Notes under the pieces: model-generated
What the model was told of the DNA's origin: nothing
What the model saw: the letters and a program-made list of their open reading frames with translations, nothing else
Database searches by the model: none
DNA from: Octopus sinensis
Lineage: Eukaryota
Length of the DNA stretch: 64,000 bases
Direction of reading: 5' to 3'
Assembly: GCF_006345805.1 (NCBI RefSeq)
Contig: NC_042997.1
Span: 151,652,001-151,716,000 of the forward strand
In this document: positions 1 through 14,307 of the stretch, one piece after another
Numbering within the stretch: position 1 is the first letter of the stretch
Layout of the letters: each line of letters begins with the position of its first letter
Position numbers and translations under genes: made by a program

Positions 1-203
1 AACGTTAGTACAGCGGCTGAAATGCTTAGCAGTACTTCGTCTGTCTTTACGTTCTGAATTCACTTTCCGCCGAGGTCGACTTTAACTTTCATCCTTTCGG
101 GGTCAATTAAATTAAGTACCAGTTGCACACTGGACTCGACCTAATCGACTGCCGCCCCTCCACAAAAATTTTTCGATCCTTGTGTCTAGAGTAGGAAAGA
201 ATA
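1..203 (+). mobile_element. tRNA-derived SINE with Meta-domain-like core, 5'-truncated at window edge
   Basis: Contains ccgccgaggtcgacttt..ctttcatcctttcggggtc..aaattaagtaccag; the same family recurs at 10343-10520 and 30005-30231. Confidence 0.75.
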
Positions 204-2719
204 CTAAATATTTGTCAGGTACATTATTTTAGCGTCTCTTGAGGGATCAGTGTTCAGGTTGACGTCGGTCCAAATTGAATTCAGAATGTAAAGACACGTA
301 GTTAAAACTTGCATTGCATTTTGTTCATCATATACTTCTGTCAGTCAATCACAATATTTGTTTCTAATTTAGGCACAATTCCAGATGCTTTTGAGAAGAA
401 AAAGTTAGTTGATGCCCTCGAGCCGTACTTGTGAACTACTTTATTTTATGGACTCCGGTGGGTTAAAGAAAATGAGATTGACCCGAGCGCGATTATAGCT
501 CAGAACGTATACGTTTGGAAAAAATACACCGTAGCTCATTTTTTCCACATTAAGGATTCGAGCAATCCACTGCCCTGGCTAACTGTGTAATAATGCCATC
601 CATGCCAAAGGTTACCTTGTGATCAAATTTCCTTGTGATCAAATTTCCTAAGATTGCTGTAGAATTTAATAAATTTCAGTTACCTTCATTTTCTACAGAA
701 ATTTATTACTATCTGAACACTTAAGTGCTTTGTTAATCTCATACTTTACCTTCACATTTATACGAGCATCCATAAATTAATATATTATTACGGACAGTTC
801 AAAGAGATGCTTGTCTATTTGCAGCCACACGCCACTTCCTGTAGTGTTGCGTGCTTACTAATATTTGTTCTTGTGCATCTATGTAGATTTTCATTCCTCC
901 ATTTTATTATCTGTCTATCCGTTAACCGTATCTTCATAAGTGTATATCTCACCGTCCCCGTTATTGTTTTGCCACAACGCACGCAACAAGATAACTGAAC
1001 CACAGTAGTAAATCTCCTCTTGACCCATATACGGAAAAATCTTTATTCGTCCTTCACTTGTAAAGATCAAATTTTTGATTGCTGGATTAATAACCTTTTC
1101 GTAGAGTTATCTCTTCTGCTTTTTTCTTTTCATTCACATATCAATGTTTCATGAAAATTAGACTTCCCAGTTACACATATTCATTCGAAAAATATATGTA
1201 TATTTTTTTCTTTCTTCAAATTTATATTACAACTTAATTATTTACAGAGAAAAATATCTTAAAAAATCTATTTCAATTATGTGAAATCTTTAGAAGAATA
1301 TATGACATGTAATTAGATTCAGCTATTCCTATAAAGACGAATATTCATAATTGGATTAAATTATGTTTCAATCTGCAATAATGCATAATATTTATTAAAT
1401 ACGTTGTTTATTTATTTTACCAAATTTTTGATAAATCTTTGCATTGCGGCTATAATCTTTGGAGGCGAGAAGATGGATGTTCTTAGAATTACGATATTAT
1501 GAGCTGAAGAATTCTGAAAGACGTAATTTTCTTTTACGTGTGGTGGTGTTGTGAGTAAATTAAAATGAATTGCATATTGAACATTATTGAGCATGCGTAT
1601 ATTTATATATGTGTACGAGGGGAAAACAGCATCTGGGAGTACAATAAGCTGTACAAAGCAGGCTTTTATTAGAAAATATTAATACATAACACCAAAGATA
1701 GCTGGAAATGTTCTTCATGGAGTTTATTTCCAGGTCATCCCATACTTCCAGCATGTTTTATTTAACATGTTGTAGAGAAATTTATGGAAATGTGCCTGCT
1801 ATTTCATGCAGTCTGAAAGATATATAGAGGCTAATTGCATGAATTAAGCGGTAAAAATAAGTCAATTACTCTATGAGTCACACTATTCATATTTACAAGA
1901 TTAAAATATAATGTGAATTTGAACAGCTAAGAAGGCATGAATCATGAGATAAAGACAGAACGAAAGAAAAAAAGAAAGAAGGAAAAAGAAAGAAAGAAAG
2001 CGATTAATGAGTTAATAAGTTCATAGGAAATCATTAAATCTAACACAGCAAATATCTAGACATGTAGCTTGATGCAAAATAAAACCAATCATCAGTCAAA
2101 AATATCTCATTTAGATATAAATCAATATTTAGTGTCAGTAGATGGTAAATATTTAAATCTTGCATATATGAATTAGAAAGACAATCACAGAAAAAAGCAT
2201 AAATATATATATATACAAATACATGCATTCAAAAATATACACCAATATATCTTAGCATTATATTCGATGTTTTTCGACAAGTTACAAACATTCAAAATAA
2301 AATTATGACTATTTATAAACACTTTCGAAAAATTATCTATATCTACATGAAAAAAATCTATTAGAATGTTAATAAGCCAAACTTCAGGCGAGTACAAAGA
2401 TAAACACTCATATATACTAATATTTTAAAGTATTGTATGTATATGTGACTGAGTATCAGTAAGTGCATTTCTATGTGTGCTTGTGCGCCTATAGTTATGT
2501 ATATGGAATATTTTAATGCGTGTACACACTCACGCACACACGCACAATCACACACATGCACACACACGTACACAGACACGTGTAAGTGTTAATGTGCGTA
2601 CACATAGTGGGGAGCTATGTCGGTCGAATGAGAGAAATGTGCTAAATACATGTTACAGAAGAACTGCCTTTATTGTAACTGAAAATCTTTTTCGCATCTC
2701 GAGATTTTTGTCACTGCGA

Positions 2720-4450
2720 TTTCCTTGATGATCACACCGGAATGCAACTCGACGAGTTGCGAGACAAAGTTGATAAAACTACTGAAGCCATGGAAAATAT
2801 GGCTGGATAATTATACAAGTGAACACACCTCAACGCATAAAAACACACCTCAACGCATATTAGATGAATTAAAATATGTTCTAGAAATTTATTACTTTAG
2901 GCTCAGAGTTAGCCTTTTTCGATAGAAATCTAGGACTGCAATAGAGACGAAAACAGTCTCCACCTTTGTAAATCTAGTTATAGACTACTGAGAGATCACA
3001 TTAAACTAAAAAGAAACGCTAGAAATATTAATAATTATCGCCAAGGTAATATGGCTGTCCAGAAATATAGGACGAATGCTACTGTTGATTAGCTCCAAGA
3101 GGCCATCGCCTCTAGCTAACTACGTAACACACGAACCTGCTCTGCATTGATAAAGGGCAAATACCATGAAACTAGCCTGCAGATGCCTGATCAGCAAGGG
3201 GAAGCGGTTGACCTCCCCTGTTCGAAGGTTATAATGGACACAGGTTCGTGTGTCACATAGACAGCTAGAGGCAATGGCTTTCTGGAGCTAATCAATGGCA
3301 GCATTCGTCCTATATTTCTGGACTGCCATATTAGCTTGGCGATAACTATTAATATCAAGTACCGCTGCTGGAATCTCCTTTAGAGGGACTTAGAAATATT
3401 AATATTTCTATTTGTAAACACTAGAAAAATATGGAAACTCTTTCTCCATATGCATACAAGAAAACTGTGCTTCATTTTTTGGATTAAAGTCGCAGAGAAA
3501 CTAGAAGAACTTGAAGGAATCTTCGACTGAATTAATGAAAATATTCAATTCCCCAATGAATATAGCAATAAGCAACTCTCAGTGTTTGATATCCTTATCA
3601 ACAAAGAAGTCATCGAATAGAAACTGCTATTTACTTTAAACATGGGAATCCAAACAATTTATGCCCATCAAACACATCTGAATGCATGTCCTTTATAACC
3701 TAGTCAAAAGGATTAGAACAATAGTATCTAATGCAAACACCGGTGATATAAGGCACCAAGAACTGGAGAATGCACTCAAAGGAATTACCCACCAAAATTC
3801 AGTACCCAGGAGATTAAAAAAATACAAAAAAGCAACAAATACTGACGATCCTACCATACATCACCCACTACAACCTTCAAAATAACGGTCTTCAACATCA
3901 TAATCTATAGCATACCATTAATGTAAAAGGATACTATTATGGACCAAATCCTCCAAAGACATAACTTCATAAAGAGTAAAAGATGCCCAAATAAAAGAAA
4001 AAACTTCTAACAAAGGCCAGACTTTAAAAACCAGCAGTAAATAAATGCAGAAGACACAACTATGGTTTGCTATTAATCTAATAGAAGGATCAGAAATCCG
4101 TTTCAAAAAGGAACAATTCTTTACAATAAAACATAGTTTTACTTGCACATCTGAAAACCTAATCTATGCAATAACATCCTTAGGTTTATGAGAGTATTAC
4201 ATGGGCAATGGAAAATACCTTATGTCAACTCATAACACTACATAGAGCACAAATTAAGATACGCGAATAGAGACAAATATGATTCAGCGAACATATAAAC
4301 ACAAGTGCAGGCGAGAAATAAACCAACTTTGCGATTTTCCTTTCTATGAATTTTAATGATAATTACACTCAACGCCATCGCATCCACAAACAAATATCCT
4401 TCGTATCAAACTACCAACCACGTCTGAATTCTTGTTGTAACCAACATCAA
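2720..4450 (+). mobile_element. Decayed Penelope-like retroelement (RT + GIY-YIG endonuclease), interrupted by a foldback insert
   Basis: Manual translation gives ILDELKYVLEIYYF..TAIETKTVSTFVNLV (RT GTAMG region), ETAIYFK and LYNLVKRIRTIVS (thumb), and FTCTSENLIYAIT..EYYMG (GIY-YIG); many stops and frameshifts. Confidence 0.75.
3034..3390. mobile_element. Foldback/MITE-like insert with ~105-bp imperfect inverted arms
   Basis: Arm attatcgccaaggtaatatggctgtccagaaatataggacgaatgc.. is mirrored at ~3240-3346; flanked by the direct repeat tagaaatattaata (3020-3033, 3391-3404). Confidence 0.65.
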
Positions 4451-4653
4451 GGATACTGTGAACTTATAGGAGCCACGGTGGCGACGAGTTACAATTTTTT
4501 TCTTCTGTTTTCCATGATAAAGTTGTCTAAGCAATTTCTTTCTTGTATTTTTTTGCAATACACACATACACTTACATATAAAAATATATATTTAAATTGA
4601 TATAGATACATACATATATTAATATGAATACACACATATATATACATATATAT

Positions 4654-4715
<62 letters not shown>

Positions 4716-7101
4716 TGTATTTTTGAATAAATTTCTATAAATACGTGTATTTATTTAAAATTATGGAGATGTATACGATACTTAACAACACAAGCTTACA
4801 CACATTCACACGCACGTGTGTCTGTGCACACACGCAAACACAGACACACACACATTTATACACAGACACCTGCACACATACACACTCGTGCGAATATATG
4901 CATATATAATATTCACATTGTAATTATCTGCATTCAAACCTATGTATACAACACACCCGCATGAATACCCGCATAGAAGCTCAAATAAAAACACAAACAC
5001 ACACACACACACACACACAAACACACACACGCACGCATGCACACACACACACACACACACACCAAATATATACATCTAAATATATAACACTCAGAAACTC
5101 ACACTGTATCCGGCGCTACATAGCTACACTTGGAAACTGACAAAAACTGCATTTTTTTACCTAACCATAGTTAACTTGCTGACAACACACGTAGGAGATA
5201 CTATAAATTGAAGTAAATAACATTTTCGAATTCTCTAAGAATAGATTTATCCACTCAAAACAAGTATTGTCCATCTTCAGACACACACACAGAAACACAC
5301 CACGCAAACACACATAGACTTGCTAAATCATTAGAACTAGTCGAAGTATACAAAAGAACTCTCTCGTTACGTGGGTGGTAATTATGGCATTAGTAGATGT
5401 GCGTTATGTGTCTTCGAAATATTCAATTCTCAAAAATTCTATAACAATAAATTTATGTGATTGTACCTCCTGCTGGAAGTAGAATCCAAATCTCCTTCAA
5501 ATCACAGTCTGTTTTCGTTTAAAATGAAGAATATTCTATGTAGTGAATCTAAGTCTAGATGATAGAATCACAGTTGGACTGCTCAGTCAGGGTTGGTACG
5601 AGTTTAAATAACTACAAAAAGTTATATCTCGCTCTCTGGGCTAACAAAATCATTGTTGCTTTTTTTTCTCAGGTTAGTCCTGACAGTGCAGAATTTAATT
5701 CCAGGCAGGTCCTTCCTGTTTATTTTACTTTATTGAATGATCAGTATGTGATGCATTCAAATAGCATCGTTCATTTTTTAATTTTGCTCATTGCAACATT
5801 GCCACGATCTTGTTGAACCTTTACGTGGTTTGAGCTTGAATATCAACAAGTTTTAGGCAAAACTTGATGCGCACTGCACGTCTGTACTCTGGACAAAACG
5901 GCCGAGAACTGAAGGTGCCTACCGACGCGAAAACTGTCATGCAAGCGCAGCAGGGCTGGTGTCATCTACCACTCAAAGCAGTTTGCCTAGCCGCATTAGT
6001 TTGGGCGAGAAAATATAAGTTGTATAGATCGTGAACGCATCTCGGGTCTATTCCATCTCAATCACAGATTTTTTTAAATTAATTTTTTTAACTAAACAGT
6101 TTAAAACTTCGAATATCGTTGAGTGACTAATATGCTGCAGTATCCATCCACAGATAACATCTCTTATAGATTTGCGGTGTTTAAAAACACAATATATATA
6201 TAATTTGTATCGGGGGGAGAAGAAATTTGTTCTGGCAGCGTCTAGCGGGAACCGCAGATACATTTAGACCTCGTTGGGTCTTATCACTGGCTTGTAACCC
6301 ACAGCAAGTTGCATGCTTAGACGCGATTTCTGGTCTTCTTGTAAGTACACTTCATTGCTAAAGCCCAAGAAGGGAGAACTGCATCTGGCGTTCTCACAAG
6401 AGGCTGCTGGAAGAATTTTCAAACCCCTCTACCCGGTACTTATTGTTTTTTTTTCAATACAGCACATCCATAAGAGATGTTACCTCTGAACGAATACCGC
6501 AGTAAATTTGCTATTCAAAGACCTATTTACATTAAATATGATATATAATTGCCTACACAATCAATAGTTCATTAGATTCATTCAAACATGTCACCACATG
6601 TTAAGACAAATTCCATCCAGCATAATTTCACCAGACGCCGCTTTCGAAACGATATTACTAAGATAAGCTCACTTAATGTGTTATATTCATAAAGAAGAAA
6701 AGAGTTATTTGACGGAGGTTTAGCGTCTTTTTCTAACTGATCAAGCAACTAGGTACAAGTTGGAAACATACTTGCTTGCATTAATTCTGTTTCTTAACAT
6801 ACTTCAATCATTGAGCTGTGGCCATACTGGGGCACCACCTTGAAGTGTTTAGTCGATTACATCACCACACTGCTTGTTTTAAGTCCGGTACTTATTTTAT
6901 CGTTTTTCATTTTTGCTGAACCGCTAAGTTAATGGAACGCAAACTGACCTATAGAGACAATGATGAGCGAACCCATATTTCACATACACACACACACATA
7001 GACACACGACCACACACAGACAGTCAGACACACACGCACACACACATATATACACATACGTTGAGCATCTGTGCTGTTTCCTCACGAAGAACTGGACTGA
7101 C

Positions 7102-7346
7102 CTGAGAAGCATAGAAAACGCTCGACTCAGCTGTCGTCCTGTGTGTATGCGAAAATGCAAGATCAGGTGATTGTTCAAAGTCTTCTAAAACACACTTTAT
7201 CTGCGCATCTGTAAAAAACAAATTATTGTCAATACCAGTTGATTCATCATTGGCGATCTTTTCCTTGCAGCAACTATTTCCTATGCAGAGAAGGGCCGAT
7301 AATCTAATACAGGACCTAATCTGCTTCAAAGCGAACATTGCATTCA
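7102..7346 (-). CDS. Candidate isolated coding exon, product unknown
   Basis: Stop-free, non-repetitive frame (NAMFALKQIRSCIRL...SSVFYASQ) between acceptor tttactgcag and donor CAG|gtcagt; no homology recognised. Confidence 0.2.
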
Positions 7347-7751
7347 CTGCAGTAAACCTAATAATTTACTACCTTGTAATAAGGGAATAAAAATAAAATC
7401 ACTGGCAACCAAGCAGAAAATAATCCATTATTATATCGAATCACTATTGTAGCATTTGCGAACATTATAATAGTTGCTTCTGTATTTTCATAATACAAAA
7501 TTGCACAGACGTGCACGCCTATAAATATAGATACATCTACGATCAAATACACATGTGTATTCGGTTATAATATGCATGTGTGTGCATGTAAATATACATG
7601 TGTAGATGCAAGCATACACATATACATATATAGATATATGTTGATGTGTGTGTATGCGTGTGTGTATATATGTATATGGAAGTGCGTGTATATCTATTTA
7701 TCTATCTATCGATATAATCGTATATTTATATATGATTAGGTTGGCAGATAA

Positions 7752-7834
<83 letters not shown>

Positions 7835-8463
7835 TACACACACATACATTCACACACACATACCTCGAAATGTCGTTAGATACTAAGTAGATGAGAAGGG
7901 CTTAGAATAAAGACTTTTTGCTATTGGCATTGGCAATTCTCTGTAGGAACTTATTTATTTTCCCCTCGATTTCCTAACATTTATAAATATCCCCGACTGA
8001 ACACAAATAAGTATATTAAGGTTTTATGGACCAAATATACGGTACCACTATAGATTGCTGGCAGAAGAGAATGGGGAAGAAATTTTTACTTGTAATCACG
8101 AATATTGTCATTGGTACAGTAATACATGTGTGTGTGTGGGGGGTGTATTGATAGAGAGATAAAAAGATAAATATGCGCACAAACACATGCACTTACACTC
8201 ACACACACAAACACTCACACACACACACACACTCACACACACACACACACACTCACACACATACACGTTTCCTTCCTAATCACGTGGTTCAGGATTTAGT
8301 CGAACATCCTGGCACTCTGGGCAGGTGTCTTCTAAAATAGTCCCAGGGGAACCAAAGCCTTATCAGTGGATTTGTTAGAGAGAAACTAAGTAGAAGCCTG
8401 ACGTATATATGTGTATAGATATGCGCGCGTGTGTTTGTGTGAATAATGTATGGTTGACGAGCT

Positions 8464-8536
8464 GAGCAGAGACATGACAAGCAGAGCAGAGACATGACGA
8501 GCAGAATAGAGACGTGACGAGCAGAGTGGAGATATG
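8464..8536 (+). repeat. 20-bp minisatellite, ~3.5 copies
   Basis: gagcagagacatgacaagca / gagcagagacatgacgagca / gaatagagacgtgacgagca, no spacers. Confidence 0.75.
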
Positions 8537-10285
8537 TTTTGCTGCTTTTCGTCTTCAACTCATTTGCACATCCCTCGAGGTTTCACTGGGATTCAATTAA
8601 TTCTCTTTTATTCTCATGGAAACTCTAATATTTTAGCTGCAAAATTTTCCTTTTTAGAACGCAGTCAAGTACACATGTTCCTTTGACACACACTCTATAT
8701 ACCTAGGGTCAAAGAGTTTCGCCAACTTTTCTTGCGAAGGACTAGTGGCGTAGCAAGAGTATATGTTGTCCGGGGCAGCACTTTAATTTGCGAACCCCTT
8801 TACGAGCTTATATAGTAGACCCAAAAATGCTATTGTAATGAATGTGCCACCCCACGCTACTAGCTCATATCACCACTCAACCTTTACACGCACACACATA
8901 CACCACACTCATACAGGCGCACACATACACACGCACACACACACACACACACTCAGCCGGGATAGGATAGCTCTTGTGTTTACCGGCACCTTACACAGGC
9001 TTATAGAGCAGGCCCAAAAGTGCTATCCCCATATAAGTGTTACACGGGGCGGGCTTCTTTTTATATGAGCCCGCCCCGCTCTCGCTGTCTTACGCACACA
9101 CAAGCTATGCTAATTTTCTTATACATTCTCAAACAAACAATAAATCGAAAATAAATTGAAAATTATTTGTTGGCTTACAAACAATTACGCTCGTTTTTAC
9201 CTTTTACAACTAAGTTCTTCAACAACAAAATTCTCAACATCGCATCGCATTCACATAATTTGACACGTAAAGATCTAAACACTTCATCAAAATTTCTTTT
9301 TAAAAAGGCATGGTTGTGTAGGTAAGAAGCTTGATTTGCAACCACGTGGTTTCGGGTTCATTCCCACTGTGTGACACTCCGGTGTTTTCTTCAATAAGCC
9401 CACCTTCTGAGTGAATATGTTAGACGAAAACTGAAAACTGTGTGGTAGCTTTTCCTATATGCCTGTGTTTCACCTGTTTGCCTGTCAATCGGTCTCCCCC
9501 TCCACAGCTTAACAACCAGTGTTGGTTATATTTTCGTTCCCGTAGCGTAGTGGTTCAGCAAAAGAAGCGAATACAATAAGCATATTTCTTAAAAATAGGT
9601 GCTGATGTAGATCTATTCTATTAAAGTGATTCAAGGATGTTGCTCCATCCTGGCCGCAGTCCAAAGACTGAAGTTGGTAAAAGATAAACGATAAAAGAAA
9701 TCAGTCAATAAATATGACACTTCACAAATATTCTTCTCTCACATGATGTTGAAAGAGTCATATATTTCATGTAAATTTAACTGGTCAGTGAGTGATATTC
9801 ATACATTAGTCGATGACTGGTTCGGTGTCTCCGAAGTAGTTAAGAGACGCGTATAACTCATTTCAATGACATTGCAGACAAAATTCACCCACTTTTCAAT
9901 AATCGATCAACAAGACGATGTGAAAACAATCTATAGCAAATTTCAAAAGATTTCTCTCATTAAAAGAAAAAAAAACAACAGAAAAACAAATGTAAACTCC
10001 TTTCAGTAATTTATTTGCCTAGTCAACAACAAAATGAAGAGTATCAACAACAATGAACAACAGAACCATCTTCTACTCAGCTCTGACATTCGTGACCCCG
10101 TGGCTGCCTATCTCATCATTACTATAATAACTCACTCTGTTGACTCCGGTAACCGAACGTTGACATCGTTTCTGTTGTTGTCTCTGCCACCCTCATTATA
10201 GTCTAATTAGGCTACCGTCGCTAATAATACATCTTCTTTGCAATCTCAATCCAATATTGCCACAGCTTCATTAAACTATCTAGTG

Positions 10286-10611
10286 CAGTGGTTCCCTTCT
10301 GGGGTCCATATAAGATTTTTGGGGATCCATGCAGCAAAATATATTTCTTTATTACCCACAAGGGGCTAAACATGGAAGGGACAAACAAGGACAAAGTATT
10401 AAGTCGATTATATCAATTCCAGCGCGTAACTGGTACTTAATTTATCGACCCCGAAAGAATGAAAGGCAAAGTCGACCTCGGTGGAATTTGAACTCAGAAC
10501 ATAACGGCAGACGAAATACGGGGATCGACAATAGTATTTTAAGTACCCCTGAAAATATTTTGCTTTGCATGTATGTATTGGTGTGTATTGCATGAAACAG
10601 CTTGGTTTTTC

Positions 10612-10662
<51 letters not shown>

Positions 10663-10848
10663 CTCTCTCTCTCTCTCTAATATTTTACATAGTTCCACCT
10701 ACAGAAGTTAATGTGTGAAAAACAAAATAGGATTTTTTAAGAAGTTTCAATAAAACTAGATTTTAAACATTGAATGACTATAGGGTTCCTCCAGAAAAAA
10801 ATAGTAATCAAAGAGTTCCATAGATAAAAAATGGTTGAGAACCCCCTG
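10286..10848. mobile_element. hAT (Charlie-like) MITE with a nested SINE
   Basis: Ends cagtggttc.. / ..ggttgagaaccccctg; 8-bp TSD atctagtg/atctaatg; homologous to 42469-42817. Confidence 0.75.
10343..10520 (-). mobile_element. Meta-domain-type SINE nested in the hAT MITE
   Basis: Reverse complement of the family at 1-203 and 30005-30231; absent from the MITE copy at 42469. Confidence 0.75.
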
Positions 10849-11319
10849 ATCTAATGCAAGAGTTATAATATTATCTCCAAACCACAATCCAACCTTCAGC
10901 GTTACCGGGCAACAACCATTCCAAAGTCAAGCGTCTCAGGAACATCCTGAGACACACAATTACTTAACACTAAAACCCTTCAAGGCGGTTCCCCAGCAAA
11001 AACTGAAACAAATAAAATCATAAAAGAATGAATGAATAAACTAAGGACATGAAGCCCTACAACTACGGTGGCACCATCCCTTGCTACAGCAATGATGGTC
11101 CAATTCATTTCCACAAGTCTGAAGCAAGAGATACTCTGGGGAATAATCATAACAAAATCAGACGGTGCAACTGCAGCTACAGCTCCTCCGGACACCAGCT
11201 GTAAATTATCCACGAATAAGCATTTATTTAGTGTAGAGGGGCATGATGAATCTAGAATGCGTATAGTGTGATGTGTAAGTGTACATACGCAACATACATT
11301 CTTGCATACAGCGTGGAAG

Positions 11320-11625
11320 GTGCGGGGCTAAGTGGCTGGAGTATTCGGATCACAATAGTGAGGTCGTGAGTTTGATACTCGACATAGCTTGTGTCTTTGA
11401 GCAGGACACTTTATTTCACGTTGCTTCAGATCACTCAGCTAGCAAAAATGAGTAATACATATATTTCGAGGGGTTCTGTGAAAAGCTTCTCTTTCTGAGA
11501 ACTACGTTAAGATTACACATGTATGTGGGATACTCAGACACTTGCACTTTTATTTTTTTAACAGGCTGCTCTGTTGATCGGATCAACTGGAAACCTCGTC
11601 GTCACAACAGCCGAAGTGCCAGTTA
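11320..11625 (+). mobile_element. tRNA-derived SINE (third family)
   Basis: tRNA-like head with B-box-like gagtttgatactc, then gtgtctttgagcaggacactttatttcacgttgc; related to 52085-52275 (minus). Confidence 0.55.
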
Positions 11626-13399
11626 CTTGCATACACAATACATAAATAGTAAGGAAACGTATACACTGTGTATTAAAGTGGAATGCACACACATTGCATG
11701 AGTACAAGGTTATTCCTCACATACACATACCAATAATCACATTCATATACATTCACAATTCTCGAGATCTCTTTTGGTTCAAACGAAAGAGCCTTTCCTC
11801 GTTTTCTGTGGTCGGCTTTAATTCTGTGAATGAGAAAAGAAAAATCATACGTACGTGCGTGAGCGACTGTGTACGCGTGCCTGTGTTACTGTTGCTTACA
11901 TATAAATGTGTGATGGGATGCAAGCATCGCAATTTTTGTATATTTCTAATTTAGTTTAGAAGAACGAGCCACTCCCTTGGGTACATCAATCATTCCTTGA
12001 TTAAGCGCATCATCACGCATGCACATTTTCGAGCATGAATTCGTACTCGTAGACATGTGGAGGAGTGCTTTCTGGTTACCTGAAGCAGGTAAAATATAGA
12101 GACATCAAAGAACCCTCTTCCAAGAATTGCACTTCCTCTTTTTCCGAAACAGAATTAATTCTTACTCTGCACACATGTATATGCGTGCCAATAAAACATA
12201 TGCCTCAAACCATCTCAACAGATGTTATGGAAGCGTGCATCCTAAGAAAAAATAAATTTCGTTTTTACATTTTTATTTTTAGCTTTTTATGAACCAGACG
12301 GAAATTTCATTTCTGGTGAATAAAAGAATCCTCAAGGAAATTCTGGCTAATAAAAATTTGCCAGAATGCAATGCAATTAATTAATAGTTGTTCAAAAGAC
12401 CTCCCTTAGCTGAATCGTTAAATACCTTTTATCACTGATATGCACAAACGCATACTCGCTTACACGCGTTTTACACATACAATCGCACATGCACGCACAT
12501 ATACAGCGCGTACAGCGGCACAAAAGATATAAAGGTGCAAAAACAAATCACGCTTAAAGTCATTAAGATACATGCACAGTCATATAAACAGCACACACCT
12601 ACTCACAAACAGTGATTCACAGATTCAATTCTGAGTGTGTGTGTGTGTGTGTGTGTTTGTGTGTGGAGAGAGATTCGTGGATAGACAGGTAATTTGCTTG
12701 CTAGCTAACTAGCTAGCTATATATATATATATATATATAATATATATATATATATAATTTATATCAATATCTATATACATATTTACACCTACATGTGTGT
12801 ATGAATGTGCCTTACTAGTGGTTATGATTTAGAGCACATTATCGGGAAGAGCGGGTTCGATTCGTAGATCTGAAGAGGCTTTCTGTTCTTGAGAATTTCA
12901 TGTACGTCGAGCGTACTCAACTGAAAATAACCAATAGCCTTCTCTTTCATGCCACTGCCACATCTTCGACGTTTCTGTGGGTAACTAGTGAGAGGACAGA
13001 AAGTGAGTCCATGTCACTCCTTCGCTATATAGACGCATAAAAAGAATTAGAGTGTGAGGTAGAAGCTCCGAGGCTATTGTTGCTCGTGATTGACGGTTGA
13101 GCGTGCTTATGATAAATATGCATATACATGTATGTACGTTTGTATGTGCTTATGTAAACTAACACATATGCGTGTCTCTCTGTTTATGTGTGTGCGTGTG
13201 TATATATATATATGCGCGTGTGTGTGCATATATTCTTTTATTCTTTTATTTGTTTGTCATTTGACTACAGCCATGCTGGAGCACCGCCTTTAGTCGAACA
13301 AATTGAACCCGGACTTACTTTTTGTAAGCCTAGTGATAATTCTATCGGTTCTCTGGTCGCACCGCTAAGTTACGGGGACGTAAACACAATAATACTGGT

Positions 13400-13456
<57 letters not shown>

Positions 13457-14029
13457 CAAAATGGGACAAGAACGCAAAGCATCCTGATATCCTGACACCT
13501 AGGTGATACAAAAAGGGACAACTAAACATACAGATAGACGATACACAGAAAACAAGGACGGATCAGTCGGAGTTTTCTTTCCTCAATCAAGTTCCAGATT
13601 GTCTTTGCAATTTTGGCTGGTTATACTCGAGAATGCTCCAATCTAGTCAGCCCCAAAGAAAAACTAACCTAAGAGTATTAGATTCACTGGAAGAAAGCAA
13701 CTGATCTATACAAAAACAAGGACGGAAAAAACTGAGAATGTTACACAAATACAAATAACAGGACATAACAACAGCTGTCTTTCGACTAAGGACAAAGACG
13801 ATTCTTTCAAATCCACTCACAAGGCTTTGGTGCCAGGCAGTGGAACTGAACCATGTGGCTTGTATTTGTTTCAGTCATTTGACTGCGGCCATGCAGGAGC
13901 ACGGCTTTCAATCGAGCAAATCGACTCCAGGACTTATTGTTTGTAAGCCTAGTACTTATCCTATCGGTCCCTTTTGCTGAACCGCTAAGTTACGGGGGCG
14001 TAAACACGCACACACATATATAGAGATAC

Positions 14030-14074
<45 letters not shown>

Positions 14075-14095
14075 CATACTTAGACACACTCACAT

Positions 14096-14128
<33 letters not shown>

Positions 14129-14269
14129 CATATATATATATACATATACTTATACACACTCACACCTACATATACCTTCCTACACACACAGGCACACACG
14201 GGCACACACAAACACTCACACGTACATTTGCACCCACACACCGGCACACTCATACATACGTGTATCTGT

Positions 14270-14307
<38 letters not shown>

